Notes: generated from the sequence alone by a model not told the origin. DNA of 64,000 nt from Patescibacteria group bacterium (GCA_028687275.1 JAQUAK010000003.1:5547-69546); one strand, 5' to 3'; shown: positions 1-8,671, counted from the first letter of the stretch. A program made the numbers and translations.

Positions 1-2
1 AA

Positions 3-134
3 AGTCTTATTCTTGATGAACTATCCATGCAAATTATCGAAAATAAGGTTCAAGAAGGCGATATTATTAAAATAGATACAGGCAATAAAAATGATATCTT
101 AATTACTCGAAAAGAGGTAAAAAATAAGAAATAA
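3..134 (+). CDS. 3' end of a Clp/Hsp100-type AAA+ chaperone gene (5' part lies upstream of the window)
   Basis: Frame 3 is open from the window edge to TAA at 132-134. The tail SLILDELSMQIIENKVQEGDIIKIDTGNKNDILI resembles the ClpB/ClpC C-terminal tail pattern. A hairpin terminator follows. Confidence 0.4.
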   Translation, partial: SLILDELSMQIIENKVQEGDIIKIDTGNKNDILITRKEVKNKK

Positions 135-145
135 AAACTATAAAG

Positions 146-179
146 AACACGCTAAAAATTAATTAACAGCGTGTTTTTT
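146..179 (+). terminator. Rho-independent terminator
   Basis: AACACGCT (146-153) pairs with AGCGTGTT (168-175), followed by a T-run. Confidence 0.7.
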
Positions 180-249
180 ATTTTTAATAATTGAGACTTG
201 GTAATAAAATAAAAATATACTATACTAGTAATACTTAATTCTTTTATTT

Positions 250-1737
250 ATGAACAAATTTTTACATCTAGCCTCCTTTTTTATTATTAGTTTTGTCTTT
301 CTAGGTCTTAGCGACGTTCAAGCCCAAACAGTTGACCCCGCCTTCGACCCTAACTTCATTATCAGTGATGCTGAACTCTTAGATTATGACAGCCTTAGCG
401 TAACGGAGATTCAAAATCTATTACAGAAATATAATAGCTACCTAGCTAGCTACAAAACCCAAAATGCTCATGGCACCATAAAAACGGCGGCTGAGATTAT
501 CTTTGATGCCTCTAATAATAACTATGATTGCAGTGGCGTTACTCTTACTGATAATCCAGTTGAAGCGGAAAAGGCAATTAAATGTCAACGCATCACCACT
601 GTTAGTCCTAAATTTTTAATTGTCCTATTACAAAAAGAGGCTAGCTTAATTGAAAACCCTAGCCCTACCCAAGCTCGCCTTGATTGGGCGACTGGTTACG
701 GTTGTCCTGATAATTGGACTTGCAATCCTTATTACAAAGGCTTTGGCAAACAAGTTAACAGCGCCGCTCTACAGTTTTTAGCCTATATTAATGAGCAATA
801 CCGCTATACCTATAAAGCTGGACAAACTTACACCTTTAGTAACCCCTACGGCACCATCTCTAACGAAAGTATGGTTGTCACTCCAGCAAACAAAGCAACG
901 GCCGCTTTATATAATTACACCCCCCACGTTTTTAATGGCAACTATAATGTCTACAAGTTATATGAAAGATATTTCCCTGCCCGAGAAGCCCGTTATCCAA
1001 GTGGCACATTATTACAAGCTAAGGGTTCAGTTGGTGTTTGGTTAATCCAAGATGGACTTAAAAGACCCTTCTTAAGCAAAAGTGCTTTAGTTTCACGTTA
1101 TAGCCTTGACAAGATTATTAGTGTTGACGAAACTGAATTAGACGGCTATGAAAAAGGTTCTCCTATCAGCTTACCAAACTATTCTATTATCCGATCTTCA
1201 ACTGATCAAAATATCTACTTAATTGTTGATGATACTAAGAGAAAATTTGATAATGAAGCTACTTTAAAAAAATTCGGTTTTAATCCTGACGAAATTATTT
1301 CTGCCACTGCTCAAGATTTGAGTTATTACCAAAATGGATTAAATTTAACCGCTAGTTCAACTTATCCCGCTGGAGCCCTATTACGTGATCCAGATAGTGG
1401 TGGTGTTTATTTTGTACAAGATGGCATAAAAGCACCAATTATAGATAAAGTTATCCTTGAAAAAAAATTCTCCGGAGAACCGGTTCTTAAAGCTACAAGA
1501 GCCGAATTAGCTTTATACACTAAAGTTAGTCCTTTGTTATTTGAAGATGGAGAATTACTAAAATCAGACAGCTCTAGTGCGGTTTATCTAATCGTTAATG
1601 GACAAAAAAAACCTTTTGCTAGTGGTGATGACTTTGAAAAACTTGGTTATAAATGGAGCAATATAATTAATGTCTCTCCCCAATTACTTTACTTGTACCC
1701 CCTTGGTAATTTAATAAGCTACGACTCTGCCCTATAA
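250..1737 (+). CDS. Secreted orphan protein with four C-terminal ~58-aa tandem modules
   Basis: 495-aa ORF with an N-terminal signal-peptide-like segment (LASFFIISFVFLGLSDVQA). The C-terminal half repeats the pattern G-x-hhh-x-D/N-G-x-K-R/K-P/K-F four times. Confidence 0.75.
   Translation: MNKFLHLASFFIISFVFLGLSDVQAQTVDPAFDPNFIISDAELLDYDSLSVTEIQNLLQKYNSYLASYKTQNAHGTIKTAAEIIFDASNNNYDCSGVTLTDNPVEAEKAIKCQRITTVSPKFLIVLLQKEASLIENPSPTQARLDWATGYGCPDNWTCNPYYKGFGKQVNSAALQFLAYINEQYRYTYKAGQTYTFSNPYGTISNESMVVTPANKATAALYNYTPHVFNGNYNVYKLYERYFPAREARYPSGTLLQAKGSVGVWLIQDGLKRPFLSKSALVSRYSLDKIISVDETELDGYEKGSPISLPNYSIIRSSTDQNIYLIVDDTKRKFDNEATLKKFGFNPDEIISATAQDLSYYQNGLNLTASSTYPAGALLRDPDSGGVYFVQDGIKAPIIDKVILEKKFSGEPVLKATRAELALYTKVSPLLFEDGELLKSDSSSAVYLIVNGQKKPFASGDDFEKLGYKWSNIINVSPQLLYLYPLGNLISYDSAL
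1000..1720 (+). repeat. Four in-frame tandem protein modules (~58 aa each) inside the 250..1737 CDS
   Basis: Motif cores VWLIQDGLKRPF, IYLIVDDTKRKF, VYFVQDGIKAPI and VYLIVNGQKKPF recur at roughly 58-60 aa spacing. Boundaries are approximate. Confidence 0.6.
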
Positions 1738-1769
1738 ATAAATTCTTGATCTAATAGGAATGGTTAAAG

Positions 1770-1797
1770 CCTCGCTCCTCTACATTAGCGAGGTTTT
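1770..1797 (+). terminator. Rho-independent terminator
   Basis: CCTCGCT (1770-1776) pairs with AGCGAGG (1787-1793), followed by TTTT. Confidence 0.6.
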
Positions 1798-1890
1798 AAA
1801 AACAAAAATATTGACATAATAATTAATTTCAGTCAATATTTAATAAGTAATCAATCTATAATATAATTATATATACAATAAAATTAATAT

Positions 1891-2703
1891 ATGCCCATTA
1901 TTGCTAGCGCTTTTCTACCCCCTTCACCCCTTCTAATTCCAGAAATAGGTAAACAAAATACCGTAATTTTAGATAAAACATTACAAGCCTATAAACAAAT
2001 CGCCAATTACTTGCAAGAAGCAGAAACTGACGTAATTATTATTATTTCACCTTACGGTAACATGCAAAGTAATAATATTAGTCTAAATATTCACCCAGAA
2101 TTAAAAGTTAGCTTTCAAGAGTTTGGCTTGCTATCTACCCTAAAAACCTTTAAACCAGCTCTAGCGCTAGCAGATGATTTAAAAAAATATCTAGAAAATT
2201 CAGAAAATGCCATACGCTTAAGCAGTCAAAGCTATCTTGATTATGGCTCAGCTGTAGCCCTAAAATTACTAACCGACACCCTTAAAAATACTAAAGTTTT
2301 ACCATTATTCCCCGCTATCAATTTAGATCGCAACTATCATTTTAAATTTGGTAAAAAATTAGGTGAGTATTTACATGCCCGATCAGAAAAGATTGCCATA
2401 ATTGCCGTAGGAGATCTCTCTCATCGTTTAAAAAAGAATTCCCCAGCCGGCTATTCACCTAAAGGAGCCCGCTTCGATAATCGTCTAATCGAATACCTAA
2501 ACGAAAACGATAATAGTATTGAAAAAATTATGGCCATTGATGATAAAGCGGCTAATGAAGTTCTTGAAGGTGCCTTAAAGCAACTATCTCTACTCTTAGG
2601 GGTTGTTGGAGAAGATTTTGAGCCAGAAGTATTAGCCTATCAAAATGATTTTGGAGTTGGTTATTTAAGTGTAAACTTTAATCTACAAGTAGCTCCAATT
2701 TAA
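1891..2703 (+). CDS. Class III extradiol dioxygenase subunit B-like (LigB/Memo superfamily) protein
   Basis: 270-aa ORF. The N-terminus MPIIASAFLPPSPLLIPEIGK and the internal IAIIAVGDLSHRL resemble LigB-type domains as I remember them. The usual N-terminal His appears to be replaced by Pro. Confidence 0.45.
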   Translation: MPIIASAFLPPSPLLIPEIGKQNTVILDKTLQAYKQIANYLQEAETDVIIIISPYGNMQSNNISLNIHPELKVSFQEFGLLSTLKTFKPALALADDLKKYLENSENAIRLSSQSYLDYGSAVALKLLTDTLKNTKVLPLFPAINLDRNYHFKFGKKLGEYLHARSEKIAIIAVGDLSHRLKKNSPAGYSPKGARFDNRLIEYLNENDNSIEKIMAIDDKAANEVLEGALKQLSLLLGVVGEDFEPEVLAYQNDFGVGYLSVNFNLQVAPI

Positions 2704-2713
2704 TTATATTTCT

Positions 2714-3025
2714 ATGGATGACATCGCCGCCTTACTAAAAGCAAGACAGAGTAAAAAAGCTCCAGCCTATCCTTGGCAGGACTTAGCCTTACGTGTAATT
2801 AAAGAATTAAATATTCCTAATTTTAAAAGAGGGGCAATTTTTAAAGTTTGCAAGAACTTAGCGCCGACCTTAGTTGAAAGAGCAATGAATGATACTAAAG
2901 AATTATGTAATAACAGCGCCTCCTGGAAGTATTTTTTCAAAATTACCGACCAGTATTTAACTGATTCTAGTCCCGCAAATACAAAGGAAGCCAATGATGC
3001 TAGAGACAAAGAAAATAAACTTTAA
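2714..3025 (+). CDS. Hypothetical small protein
   Basis: 103-aa ORF starting 10 nt after the upstream stop, in operon context. No family recognised. Confidence 0.5.
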   Translation: MDDIAALLKARQSKKAPAYPWQDLALRVIKELNIPNFKRGAIFKVCKNLAPTLVERAMNDTKELCNNSASWKYFFKITDQYLTDSSPANTKEANDARDKENKL

Positions 3026-3075
3026 ATATCACTAACTACGAAATAAGAAAAAATAAAAAAATTAATATTAAATAT

Positions 3076-3552
3076 ATGAGCGGAAATATAAAAGAAATTA
3101 TTCATCATCCCCATCCTACCTTACGCAAGAAATCCAGCAGCATTCCCGAAAAGAAAATAACTCAAAAGAATTTTCAACAATTTCTTGATGACTTAGAGGT
3201 GACAATGCTATCTAAAGACGGGGCCGGTTTAGCCGCCCCTCAAATAGGAATCAACGATCGAGTAGTCGTTATAGCTAAAGAAGGAGAAAAGTCTTTATTT
3301 CTAATTAACCCACAAATCATCAAAAAATCATGGGGAAAGGCTATTGAAGAAGAGGGGTGTTTATCAGTTATAGACGACAAAGGCCGTATTATCTATGGTC
3401 CAGTAGAAAGACACAAGCGTATTACTTGCAGCTACTATGACCGTAGCGGTAAAAAAAAGAAAATTCAGGGAGATGAAAGACTATCCAGAGTCATTCAACA
3501 TGAAGTTGACCATCTAGACGGAGTCCTCTTTATCGACCATTTAATGAAATAA
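3076..3552 (+). CDS. def: Peptide deformylase
   Basis: All three deformylase motifs are present: GAGLAAPQIG, EEGCLSV and QHEVDHLDG. Confidence 0.95.
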   Translation: MSGNIKEIIHHPHPTLRKKSSSIPEKKITQKNFQQFLDDLEVTMLSKDGAGLAAPQIGINDRVVVIAKEGEKSLFLINPQIIKKSWGKAIEEEGCLSVIDDKGRIIYGPVERHKRITCSYYDRSGKKKKIQGDERLSRVIQHEVDHLDGVLFIDHLMK

Positions 3553-3581
3553 AAATATCGGCTTCAAAGCCGATATTTTTT
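3553..3581. terminator. Bidirectional hairpin terminator between def (+) and dedA (-)
   Basis: AAATATCGGCTT / AAGCCGATATTT stem flanked by an A-run and a T-run. Confidence 0.7.
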
Positions 3582-3594
3582 ATTATCTAAATAA

Positions 3595-4206
3595 CTATTT
3601 TTCCCGACGGCGATAAATAAAATAAAATACAAAAATAAGCGCAACTACTAAAATACCCCAAGATATTTCCGAGTAATAAGTTTTCCATAAAGTCTCATTA
3701 GCTCCAAAAAAATAACCTAAGGCGGCTAACACTAAAGTCCACAAGCCTGAGCCTAAAAAAGTATAGAAAATAAATTGTGCTAAGGGCATTTTAGCAAAAC
3801 CAGCAGGCAAAGATATTAATTGTCTAATTACTGGAATTAAACGTCCAAAAAAAGTTGAACCGCGGCGATAATCATTAAACAATTCCTCCGCTCTTTCAAT
3901 TTGAGCGGTTTTAACTAATAGTATTTTAGCCCACTTTGTCTTAGCTAGACGATAAACTAGCGGTCGACCAAGATAATAAGCTAAAAAATAATTAATTAAA
4001 GCTCCCATTAAGCTACCCAAGATACCTGATCCAATAACTAAATAAATATTAAGCTTTCCCTGCGCTGCTAAATATGCAGCCGGAGGAATAACAATCTCAG
4101 ACGGAAAAGGAATAAAAGAGCTCTCAATTGTCATTAAAAAAACAACTCCCCAATAACCAATATCTTGGGCGAATTGTAATAAAGCATGCACTAAAGAAAT
4201 CAGCAT
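3595..4206 (-). CDS. DedA/SNARE-associated family membrane protein
   Basis: 203-aa polytopic protein with the DedA-type segment ESSFIPFPSEIVIPPAAY and the GRLIPVIR region. Confidence 0.8.
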   Translation of the reverse strand: MLISLVHALLQFAQDIGYWGVVFLMTIESSFIPFPSEIVIPPAAYLAAQGKLNIYLVIGSGILGSLMGALINYFLAYYLGRPLVYRLAKTKWAKILLVKTAQIERAEELFNDYRRGSTFFGRLIPVIRQLISLPAGFAKMPLAQFIFYTFLGSGLWTLVLAALGYFFGANETLWKTYYSEISWGILVVALIFVFYFIYRRREK

Positions 4207-4308
4207 AAATAATTTTATAATTAATTTACTTAAATTATACTATAAAAAATGAAAAGGGCAAACTAACAAGAGCTTGCTTTTCCCGGCTTAATCGGCTAAT
4301 TTATAAAC

Positions 4309-5247
4309 ATGAATAAGAAGCTGAAAACAATTTTTATGGGCACTCCCGATTTTGCTGTTCCTGGGCTACAAAGTCTTTTGGCGTCATCTGATTTCGAAGT
4401 AATGGCCGTCTATACACAGCCAGATAAAAGTGCCGGCCGTAAACATATACTTACCCCTCCTCCTGTAAAAAAAATAGCTCTAGAAAAAAATATACTAGTT
4501 TTCCAACCAGAAAAAATTAAAACTGCTATGGAAAATATTAGCTCTCTCCAGCCAGACTTAATTGTCGTTATCGCTTATGGGAAAATTATCCCCCAAGCCA
4601 TCCTCGATTTACCAAAATATGGCTGTGTTAATGTACACGCCTCTCTCTTGCCTAAATATCGAGGAGCTTCATGCCTACAGGCTGCCATTAAAAATGGGGA
4701 TAAGAAAACTGGTGTTACTATTATGAAAATGGACGCTGGTCTTGATACCGGGCCAATACTAACACAATTAGAAATTACTTTGAGCGGCAAGGAGAATTTA
4801 GAAGAAATACATGATAAATTATCAAAATTAGGGGCAGATAATTTAGTCTCAACCTTAATTGATTATTGTAATAATAAAATTATCGCCCAAACACAAGATG
4901 AAAGCAAAGCTAGTTACGTTGGTTTAATCACCAAAGAAGACGGCTTTCTTAACCCACAAAATAGTGCTGAAGAAATAGAAAGACAAATCAGAGCCTATAA
5001 TCCCTGGCCAGGCACATATTTAATCTTAGACAATCAAGAAAAAATGAAAATTATTGAAGCAGAAGTATTTGAAGCAGCTAATTCTCAATTAGTCGGATCA
5101 TTTTATATTGAAAATAACCAGCTATACCTTACGTGTGGACAAAATTCATTACATATATTAAAATTACAACGTGAAAATCGGAATGCTTTATCGGCCTCCG
5201 ACTTTTTAAAAGGCAATAAAGATATTGTAAAATTTAAAGCCACTTAA
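4309..5247 (+). CDS. fmt: Methionyl-tRNA formyltransferase
   Basis: 312 aa with FMGTPDFAVP N-terminus, VNVHASLLPKYRGASCLQAAI formyltransferase core and a C-terminal Fmt domain. Confidence 0.95.
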   Translation: MNKKLKTIFMGTPDFAVPGLQSLLASSDFEVMAVYTQPDKSAGRKHILTPPPVKKIALEKNILVFQPEKIKTAMENISSLQPDLIVVIAYGKIIPQAILDLPKYGCVNVHASLLPKYRGASCLQAAIKNGDKKTGVTIMKMDAGLDTGPILTQLEITLSGKENLEEIHDKLSKLGADNLVSTLIDYCNNKIIAQTQDESKASYVGLITKEDGFLNPQNSAEEIERQIRAYNPWPGTYLILDNQEKMKIIEAEVFEAANSQLVGSFYIENNQLYLTCGQNSLHILKLQRENRNALSASDFLKGNKDIVKFKAT

Positions 5248-5249
5248 AA

Positions 5250-5321
5250 GGTCCCATCGTCTAACGGTTAGGACGCCAGGTTCTCATCCTGGTAATAGGG
5301 GTTCGATTCCCCTTGGGACTA
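5250..5321 (+). tRNA. tRNA-Glu (anticodon CTC)
   Basis: Cloverleaf by hand: acceptor GGTCCCA/TGGGACT, D arm GTCT-AACGGTTA-GGAC, anticodon arm CCAGG-TTCTCAT-CCTGG, T arm AGGGG-TTCGATT-CCCCT. CCA is not encoded. Confidence 0.9.
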
Positions 5322-5329
5322 CAAATCAA

Positions 5330-5361
5330 AAAAACATCCAGTAAACTAACTGGATGTTTTT
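5330..5361. terminator. Bidirectional terminator (tRNA-Glu on +, HIT/Fic operon on -)
   Basis: AACATCCAGT (5333-5342) pairs with ACTGGATGTT (5349-5358), with an A-run before and a T-run after. Confidence 0.75.
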
Positions 5362-5369
5362 ATATAAAA

Positions 5370-5843
5370 TTATAAGCCCCATTTTTCTTCATTGTATTTA
5401 TCATCTTGTAAAACTATATCAATCTGCTTTTTAATCTCTTCAATATCCTCATTATTTAATGGTTCAAAACCATCATAAAATCCGGTTCCTCTGTCTGGTA
5501 AATAAACACTTTCTGGCCAGACTTGTTTTGCTACATTACTTGCTCTACCAAATACATGGATGTGTAAAAATGGTTTAGTGCTTGTTTTCCAGGCCCAATT
5601 CCCCATGTCTTGGTAATTTATTTTTATCACTGGAATACCTAAATTATTCATTGCCATTTCCATAGCCGCTCCAACTACCATTGTTAGTCGCATTAATTCA
5701 ATGGCGGTCTTTGGGTCGAGTTTAGTTCTATCTGTAATACTGTCATCTTTTACTCTAATTCTAATGTGACCACCATCCGTTCTTGAGATGAATGGTTTCT
5801 CGTGCGACTCAACTATGAAATTTTTAGTTTCGTAAATTTGCAT
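5370..5843 (-). CDS. HIT (histidine triad)-like nucleotide hydrolase/transferase
   Basis: 157 aa. INYQDMGNWAWKTSTKPFLHIHVFGR aligns by eye to the HIT motif HxHxHxxG, with the middle and last His kept and the first replaced by Phe. Starts 5 nt after the fic stop. Confidence 0.6.
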   Translation of the reverse strand: MQIYETKNFIVESHEKPFISRTDGGHIRIRVKDDSITDRTKLDPKTAIELMRLTMVVGAAMEMAMNNLGIPVIKINYQDMGNWAWKTSTKPFLHIHVFGRASNVAKQVWPESVYLPDRGTGFYDGFEPLNNEDIEEIKKQIDIVLQDDKYNEEKWGL

Positions 5844-5848
5844 ATTTT

Positions 5849-6787
5849 TTATCTTATTCTTTCTCTGCCTTCTAAATAATTTTTTAACGCCTCCTTAGTA
5901 GTTAACCAATTTCTTCCTTCTTTATGAGCTTCTAATTTGCCACTGCGAGCTAATAAATTTAAATATTTATCGCTAAATTTAGTGGTTTTAGCCAACTCTG
6001 ATAAACTAATATATTTTTCTTTATATTCTTTCTTGGGTATTAAAACTTTAAGATAAATATCTAAAGTTCTTTCAACTGCTCTGGCAATAAAATTAACAAA
6101 TAAAGAATAATTGCCCTTATCTGCTGAGGCTAAGGCTGTATAGTAACGCTGACGATCGCTTTTTAAGATAACAGCCAAGGGAAATCCTGATTGCATTAAA
6201 ATAATATTCATTACCAATCTAGATGTGCGTCCATTACCATCAAAGAATGGGTGAATATTTACTAACTTATGATGAATAATACTTGCTAGCTCAACAGGGT
6301 GCTGTTTTTTATTTAAAGAGTACCATTTTATTAATTCTCTCATTAAGCCAGGAACTTTAACCACTTCAGGCGGTTTATGGTCAGCTCCTCCAATAATAAC
6401 ACCACTATTACGATATCTTCCCGCCCACTCTTTATCAATATTTTGTTGTACTATTTGATTAAGTGACCTTATTAAATTTTCTGAAAAAGTATTATGTTTA
6501 TCTTTTTCTATTAACTCATATAAATAATCTAAAGCTTCCTGGTGATTTTTAGCTTCAAGGTGATCTTTTAGTGGTTTCCCTTTAATAGTAATTCCTTCGT
6601 TAATAACTAAATAAGTTTCTTTGAGTGTTAAACTGTTTCCTTCAATGGCATTGGAATTATAGGTTAATTCTATTTCAAATTGCTCTTTTAATTTTTGAAC
6701 AACACTAACTGGCAGCGGCCTAAATTTATTAAGTCTATGCAATTTCTCATCTATTCTATTTTTTACTTTTTGATCTAAATAGGTCAT
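5849..6787 (-). CDS. fic: Fic family protein (AMPylase-type) with N-terminal inhibitory motif and C-terminal HTH
   Basis: Fic motif HPFFDGNGRTSRL. Inhibitory-helix motif (S/T)xxxE(G/N) present as SNAIEGN upstream of the Fic core. The C-terminal YISLSELAKTTKFSDKYLNLLARSGKLEAHKEGRNWL looks like an excisionase/MerR-type HTH. Confidence 0.9.
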   Translation of the reverse strand: MTYLDQKVKNRIDEKLHRLNKFRPLPVSVVQKLKEQFEIELTYNSNAIEGNSLTLKETYLVINEGITIKGKPLKDHLEAKNHQEALDYLYELIEKDKHNTFSENLIRSLNQIVQQNIDKEWAGRYRNSGVIIGGADHKPPEVVKVPGLMRELIKWYSLNKKQHPVELASIIHHKLVNIHPFFDGNGRTSRLVMNIILMQSGFPLAVILKSDRQRYYTALASADKGNYSLFVNFIARAVERTLDIYLKVLIPKKEYKEKYISLSELAKTTKFSDKYLNLLARSGKLEAHKEGRNWLTTKEALKNYLEGRERIR

Positions 6788-6817
6788 ATATGCTTAATAT
6801 GGTTTACATATAAATTA

Positions 6818-6846
6818 AGTATATACCATATTACGGCTTTAGTCAA
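6818..6846 (-). promoter_or_regulatory. Putative sigma70-type promoter of the fic-HIT operon
   Basis: On the minus strand, TTGACT (6846-6841), a 17-nt spacer, then TATACT (6823-6818), about 30 nt upstream of the fic ATG. Confidence 0.5.
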
Positions 6847-6867
6847 TATACAGAGCACCGCAAGCAA

Positions 6868-6917
6868 TGTATACAAAACGCCCTCGTTTGTATACATTGA
6901 CGAAAAAGATGTATACA
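6868..6917. promoter_or_regulatory. Array of three TGTATACA palindromes at exact 21-bp spacing (putative operator)
   Basis: TGTATACA at 6868-6875, 6889-6896 and 6910-6917. Sites 1 and 2 also form a near-perfect extended inverted repeat, CAATGTATACAAAACG / CGTTTGTATACATTG. Located just upstream of the fic -35 box. Confidence 0.6.
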
Positions 6918-7134
6918 AACCTATAAAATTTCCACCCACTTCTCAATCTCCCTAATAATTCCGTCAAATTTTTGGTAAATATCGGACTTTAAGACTACAT
7001 AAAGAAAAAAGTCCAGCGAGTGCTGCGGCTTTTCTATATAATTAACCGTTTATTTTATTACCATAGCAATAACTTTTAAATTTTTAGAAAAGTGAAGATG
7101 TGCACAAGGCTCTAGTGTAAGGCATTGCCAATAA

Positions 7135-7163
7135 TTGACAAATCTATTAAAATATTATATATT
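7135..7163 (+). promoter_or_regulatory. Putative promoter of the 7209..7538 gene
   Basis: TTGACA (7135-7140), 17-nt spacer, TATATT (7158-7163). Confidence 0.45.
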
Positions 7164-7208
7164 CTTATGTTATTTAATAAATTAATACTAACCTAATAAA
7201 TATAGAAA

Positions 7209-7538
7209 ATGTACACAACTAAAGCAGGAAAACTCAATGTTGCAGTGGGGAGAACTGGTATTATAGAAGGTGATTTAGTTACAATAAATTTTCCTTCAGA
7301 CCAATTCAACTTATTATTATCAGTGTCTAGATCAGGCGAAGAAGAACAAAGAATGCTGTTTGAATTCCCAAATGATGATAAAAAGATTATTTATGGATAC
7401 CCATGCAATAAAGCTGGGGCTAAAGAATTGATGTCTCTCATTTGCCAAATTACGGGGCTTCAAGCTAAATTGTTCAGAGAACTTTCTGGCGGTATAATTT
7501 ATGAAATGCAGAAAGGTCAAAATATTTTTGCACAGTAA
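7209..7538 (+). CDS. Hypothetical protein (orphan)
   Basis: 109-aa ORF with its own promoter-like element and a hairpin terminator. No family recognised. Confidence 0.5.
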   Translation: MYTTKAGKLNVAVGRTGIIEGDLVTINFPSDQFNLLLSVSRSGEEEQRMLFEFPNDDKKIIYGYPCNKAGAKELMSLICQITGLQAKLFRELSGGIIYEMQKGQNIFAQ

Positions 7539-7562
7539 AGTAATAAAAAATTTATCTCTCCA

Positions 7563-7589
7563 CCTCATCACACAAAGATGGGGTTTTTT
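7563..7589 (+). terminator. Rho-independent terminator
   Basis: CCTCATC (7563-7569) pairs with GATGGGG (7577-7583, one G-U pair), followed by TTTTTT. Confidence 0.6.
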
Positions 7590-7958
7590 ATTTTCTAAAA
7601 AAATAATCAGACTCATGAAAAGTAACTTTAGACCTAATATTGGAAAAAATAATAATGGTTTCTGAGACGACAACTTGTATTACAAAACATAAATTGACAT
7701 AAGATTGTTATTTAAAAAACCTACCTAAATTTTTAAATTTACCTAGCAACCCAACACAGTGCCCGGAAACTTCTGATTTTGAGACTACTTGTATAGATAC
7801 CTACTAAAAGCCTGTTTTTTAACAATATGCTATAATAAATATTAATAAGCTAAAGCCTATAATTATTTTTCTTAAAGTAATGATTCCTATTTTTACAATC
7901 CAAGCCTTTAATTAATACTAACTAAATTGCTTTAGATACTAAAAACTACATATTATAT

Positions 7959-8543
7959 ATGACGGCATTAAATATATCTCCAATTACGCCAATCAGAAAT
8001 TTAAATAATAATCCACTCCCAATAAATAATAACCACGGTTCTTCTATAAAAGTAACTCCTAAAAAAGGGGCTTTCGATAATATAGATATTGATGAAATTG
8101 GCCAAGGCCGTTTAATGACTGAAGGTTCATATGACTCCCGCTTCGGTAAAAATAAATATATGGGGCTTAAAGGGCAGCTAATGAAAGCAAAGCATGAGGG
8201 TAGGCACTCTACTACAAAAAATCTCTCAATGAGCAATATCAAGCAAATACATGATGTAATTGCTAAGCATCTAAAAAAACAAGCAGTTAATTCTAAGACC
8301 TACATAAGCAGAGGAGACAGATTAGCTATAATGAAAGAATCCAGGGCTATGGTAAGGTCTAAGGATAGTAATTTTACTTCACAAGACAGGCAAGATTTAA
8401 TAAAAATTGTAGATAGCTTGCAAAAACAATATAAGGATAAAATTCTTCACAGGAGAGATGATATCCATAGTCCTAGATTAGAAAGATTAACGTCTGCTTC
8501 TATTGATAGACAAGACTCTAATTTATTAAATAAAAATTTATAA
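7959..8543 (+). CDS. Hypothetical hydrophilic protein (orphan, Asn/Lys-rich)
   Basis: 194-aa ORF. An extended -10-like TGCTATAAT sits at 7828-7836 and a terminator lies downstream. No family recognised. Confidence 0.5.
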   Translation: MTALNISPITPIRNLNNNPLPINNNHGSSIKVTPKKGAFDNIDIDEIGQGRLMTEGSYDSRFGKNKYMGLKGQLMKAKHEGRHSTTKNLSMSNIKQIHDVIAKHLKKQAVNSKTYISRGDRLAIMKESRAMVRSKDSNFTSQDRQDLIKIVDSLQKQYKDKILHRRDDIHSPRLERLTSASIDRQDSNLLNKNL

Positions 8544-8625
8544 ATACATCGATATTAATTAATAATGACGTAATTATTAATAAATTATAAATTCCCTTTT
8601 GTCTTTTCCAAAAGGATTAAAATTT

Positions 8626-8656
8626 AAAAGGACATGTTTCAAACATGCCCTTTTTT
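8626..8656. terminator. Bidirectional terminator between convergent genes
   Basis: GGACATGTTT / AAACATGCCC stem (one mismatch) with an A-run upstream and TTTTTT downstream. Confidence 0.65.
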
Positions 8657-8671
8657 GTAATCTTAAATAAA

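Noticed and set aside
791-1045. 84-aa ORF in another frame of the same strand, lying inside the 250..1737 gene.
   Set aside because: It is fully embedded in a longer ORF with signal peptide and repeat structure, and has no independent signals.
6921-7050. Minus-strand open frame without a start codon (TVNYIEKPQHSLDFFLYVVLKSDIYQKFDGIIREIEKWVEIL-stop) ending just before the TGTATACA array. Possible gene remnant.
   Set aside because: Only about 42 codons, no ATG/GTG/TTG, and no recognisable family. In AT-rich DNA such open stretches arise by chance.
7332-7673. 113-aa minus-strand ORF overlapping the 7209..7538 gene, and 98-aa ORF 7946..8242 antisense to 7959..8543.
   Set aside because: The plus-strand genes have promoter-like and terminator elements in the right places. 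The minus-strand products are Phe/Leu/Ile-rich translations typical of antisense AT-rich sequence. Confidence is only moderate because none of these has a recognised family.
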